Origin: Trichosphaerium sp. ATCC 40318 | Taxonomy: Eukaryota; Protista; Tubulinea | Assembly: GCA_038496445.1 (NCBI GenBank) | Contig: JALMLS010000322.1 | Span: 372,001-436,000 of the forward strand | DNA: 64,000 bases | Reading direction: 5' to 3' | In this document: piece after piece, positions 61,928 through 64,000 of the stretch | How the letters are laid out: the number at the start of each line of letters is the position of its first letter | Position numbering within the stretch: position 1 is the stretch's first letter | Program-made: the position numbers and the translations under genes | Notes under the pieces: generated by a model | What the model was told of the DNA's origin: nothing | The model's database searches: none | The model's input: the letters and a program-made list of their open reading frames with translations, nothing else

Positions 61928-64000
61928 ATGTCAGCAAGCGAAAGCGATGACTCCGACGTCATTTCACTCGTTCTCGATGAAAGCGACCAACAGTATGCAA
62001 AGCGTTATAGCACAATTTTAGTACTAATCGATTTAGCCCTCAATACATTGAAGAAGGCATCAGAACTACGCCTATTTCAGTATACGTGCGTATAATCAAC
62101 TACAGTAAAGTTGTTTGCAAATTAACTTCAAATAAGATAAACGGGTTCTTCATTGTTATTGCAAGCGTCCTGGGGACAGGAATTTTAGGTCTACCAGTCA
62201 AACTAGCAAAGTCAGGTGAAAACGATCACTATGCAATCTCGTAGCGCCTCTTACTTAATATAGGGTTCTGGCCATTCTTGCTGACGTATACAGTGTGTTT
62301 TATCATGCAGGTTAACGGTTTTGTCCCTATACAAGCCACCAATCGCTAAATCGATCGTAGACGCTCCTACTGTTCTTTATATCTGAAGTGCTACAAAAAG
62401 GAGCTCGTGTTTTGGAAATGGAGTCTCTAGGCATTACAGATACATCAGCTACAGCACATATTCAACTAGACGTATTAAGTAAACAAAATCACCTATGGGT
62501 AAGCCTAAAACACAAGTTTAAAACGTTTTATCTTGGAAAGTCATGATCCTGGCTGTTCATTCTTTGAATCTCTTGAAGCTGCTTTTAAACCGTTATTTAG
62601 TCTTCCGAGGGAGATTTAAATATTGACGGTGATCGTGATGATGAAGATGTGGAAGGAACTGTTGGAATGGTTCAACATGATATTAAACCAGAAGTAACTG
62701 GTTGTATGCCACGCCTTCGAGAGTTTTTAAAAGAAAAGAATCTTTATCAATCTGTTGACTTGCACTCCCTTGGCACGATATTCTTGAAATACGGTGCTGT
62801 AAGTGACGCTTATAATAACTCCTTGAGGTTGTGGATAGTTCTACCAGAATCACACCAACTTTTAAAGAAAAGACTGTCAAGTCAACATTTTCTTAATTTT
62901 ATTAAATCTGCTACTTACTGTTTCTTTATAGAATTACATATTTGACTTTGTAGTCATACTTCATTTTGTTTCAATATTGATAAGCTATGCTCTTGCTGGA
63001 TCTCAAGCTTATGTAGTGCTTTACAAAGGTACAAACAACACTGAAATATTTATACAACAGCGATTGTAATCTAGTTAACTCGTGTTAGATATTGCATCAT
63101 TTTCTGATCATGTAGTCCAAAACAGTACCTCTATAGCTCCTACAGTATTATCAAATATCACAGCAGTTCCCACAGGTAAGCCGAAAGTCTTTTTAAACAC
63201 AAGAAGCTAAAGTATCCTTTTTTTTTTTAGTTGCTGCTGAGGGTACTTCAGAGTACTATATCATCATCCCTATATTTGTATGTGTTCTTACTAGCATGGT
63301 AATATTTTTTGCTCGCTTTGTAAGGCCCATAATTACCGCTATGACTTTATCTAAAGGTGCAATGCTTGTGCTATTAGTAGGGTATGTAACCGATAATTTT
63401 GTTAACAGATAGCGAACGATCCATTTTTACTCATTCTTACTCAGTGTTACTGCATTTTTGGGTTCCAAAATAAATTTGACCATATCGGATGATTGGAGGT
63501 ATATTGGAAAAACCATATTAATGGGGACAGTTGCACTAGGCAAGTTTTTGTTTAACTTTCGAAATTGAGTGATTAAACACGTGTTTATTTTTTTTCCTTT
63601 TGTCTTTGCTGAGGCTTATTCACTTTTGTTGTTTATTTATACTTATTTTATTATTTATAGGAGGTGCTGTTAATGTAATACCAGTTACTTTCTCAAAAGT
63701 ATCAATGCGTAAAGCTGATATACGCAAATTTATTGCATCAATAGTAACTGGTTTATTTTTTGTTTATATCCTTAATGTCATTTGGTGCTATTATATTTTA
63801 CGTATTGTACCACAAGAAGGCGCAGGATTTTCTCTAGAACAGTACGTATACATAGCCACTTCGATATACCATTTTAGAAAACCGCTATGGATTCACAAGA
63901 CCTAATCTTGGTTTTTTGTATAGGGCTGAAGCTGACGGACAAATTTCGATTACACCTCTTGAAGGTATTATTCTACGTGATTATGATGATTACAAGTGGA
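61928..64000 (+). CDS. Amino-acid permease (Aa_trans/Trp-Tyr permease-like), 3' partial
   Basis: LASVLGTGILGLPVKLAKSGFWP first TM motif, followed by many hydrophobic exons. Confidence 0.8.

Noticed and set aside
2581-62248. Recurrent TAGCGC/GCGCTA motif
   Set aside because: About 30 by eye, only about twofold over expectation. Needs computation.
1-64000. CRISPR arrays, operons, transposases, Fanzor/TnpB
   Set aside because: Eukaryotic intron-rich DNA, with no repeat-spacer array, RuvC, RT or DDE motifs seen.

Overview
Gene-dense, AT-rich (roughly 35% GC, my estimate) nuclear DNA of a microbial eukaryote, probably amoebozoan-like given the class C GPCR, STAT-type SH2 protein and TKL-type kinase domains. 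It is not prokaryotic: genes are split by many short (about 38-250 nt) spliceosomal introns with GTACGT/GTAAGT/GTATGT donors, so the ORF track shows only exon fragments. I reassembled about 28 genes or pseudogenes by hand, so exon boundaries are approximate. Recognisable products are cytochrome b5, a Ras GTPase, RCE1, TFIIA alpha/beta, a class C GPCR, a GT17-like glycosyltransferase, a HAD hydrolase, a GHL15/GH168-like glycosidase, an LPMO-ricin lectin, three PX-domain paralogs, a tandem pseudokinase-TPR protein, an SH2 protein and an amino-acid permease. The most striking observation is a single spliced ORF encoding signal peptide + reeler + Cys-rich domain + anchor + a SECOND internal signal peptide whose cleavage would expose the His1 of an LPMO-like copper-brace domain, i.e. 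a candidate cellular polyprotein. Others are about 70 CACGTG sites (about 10x expectation) concentrated in introns and promoters, including GC-AG introns with GCACGT donors, a Ras naturally carrying G12E and Q61K, and an atypical tRNA-like gene.
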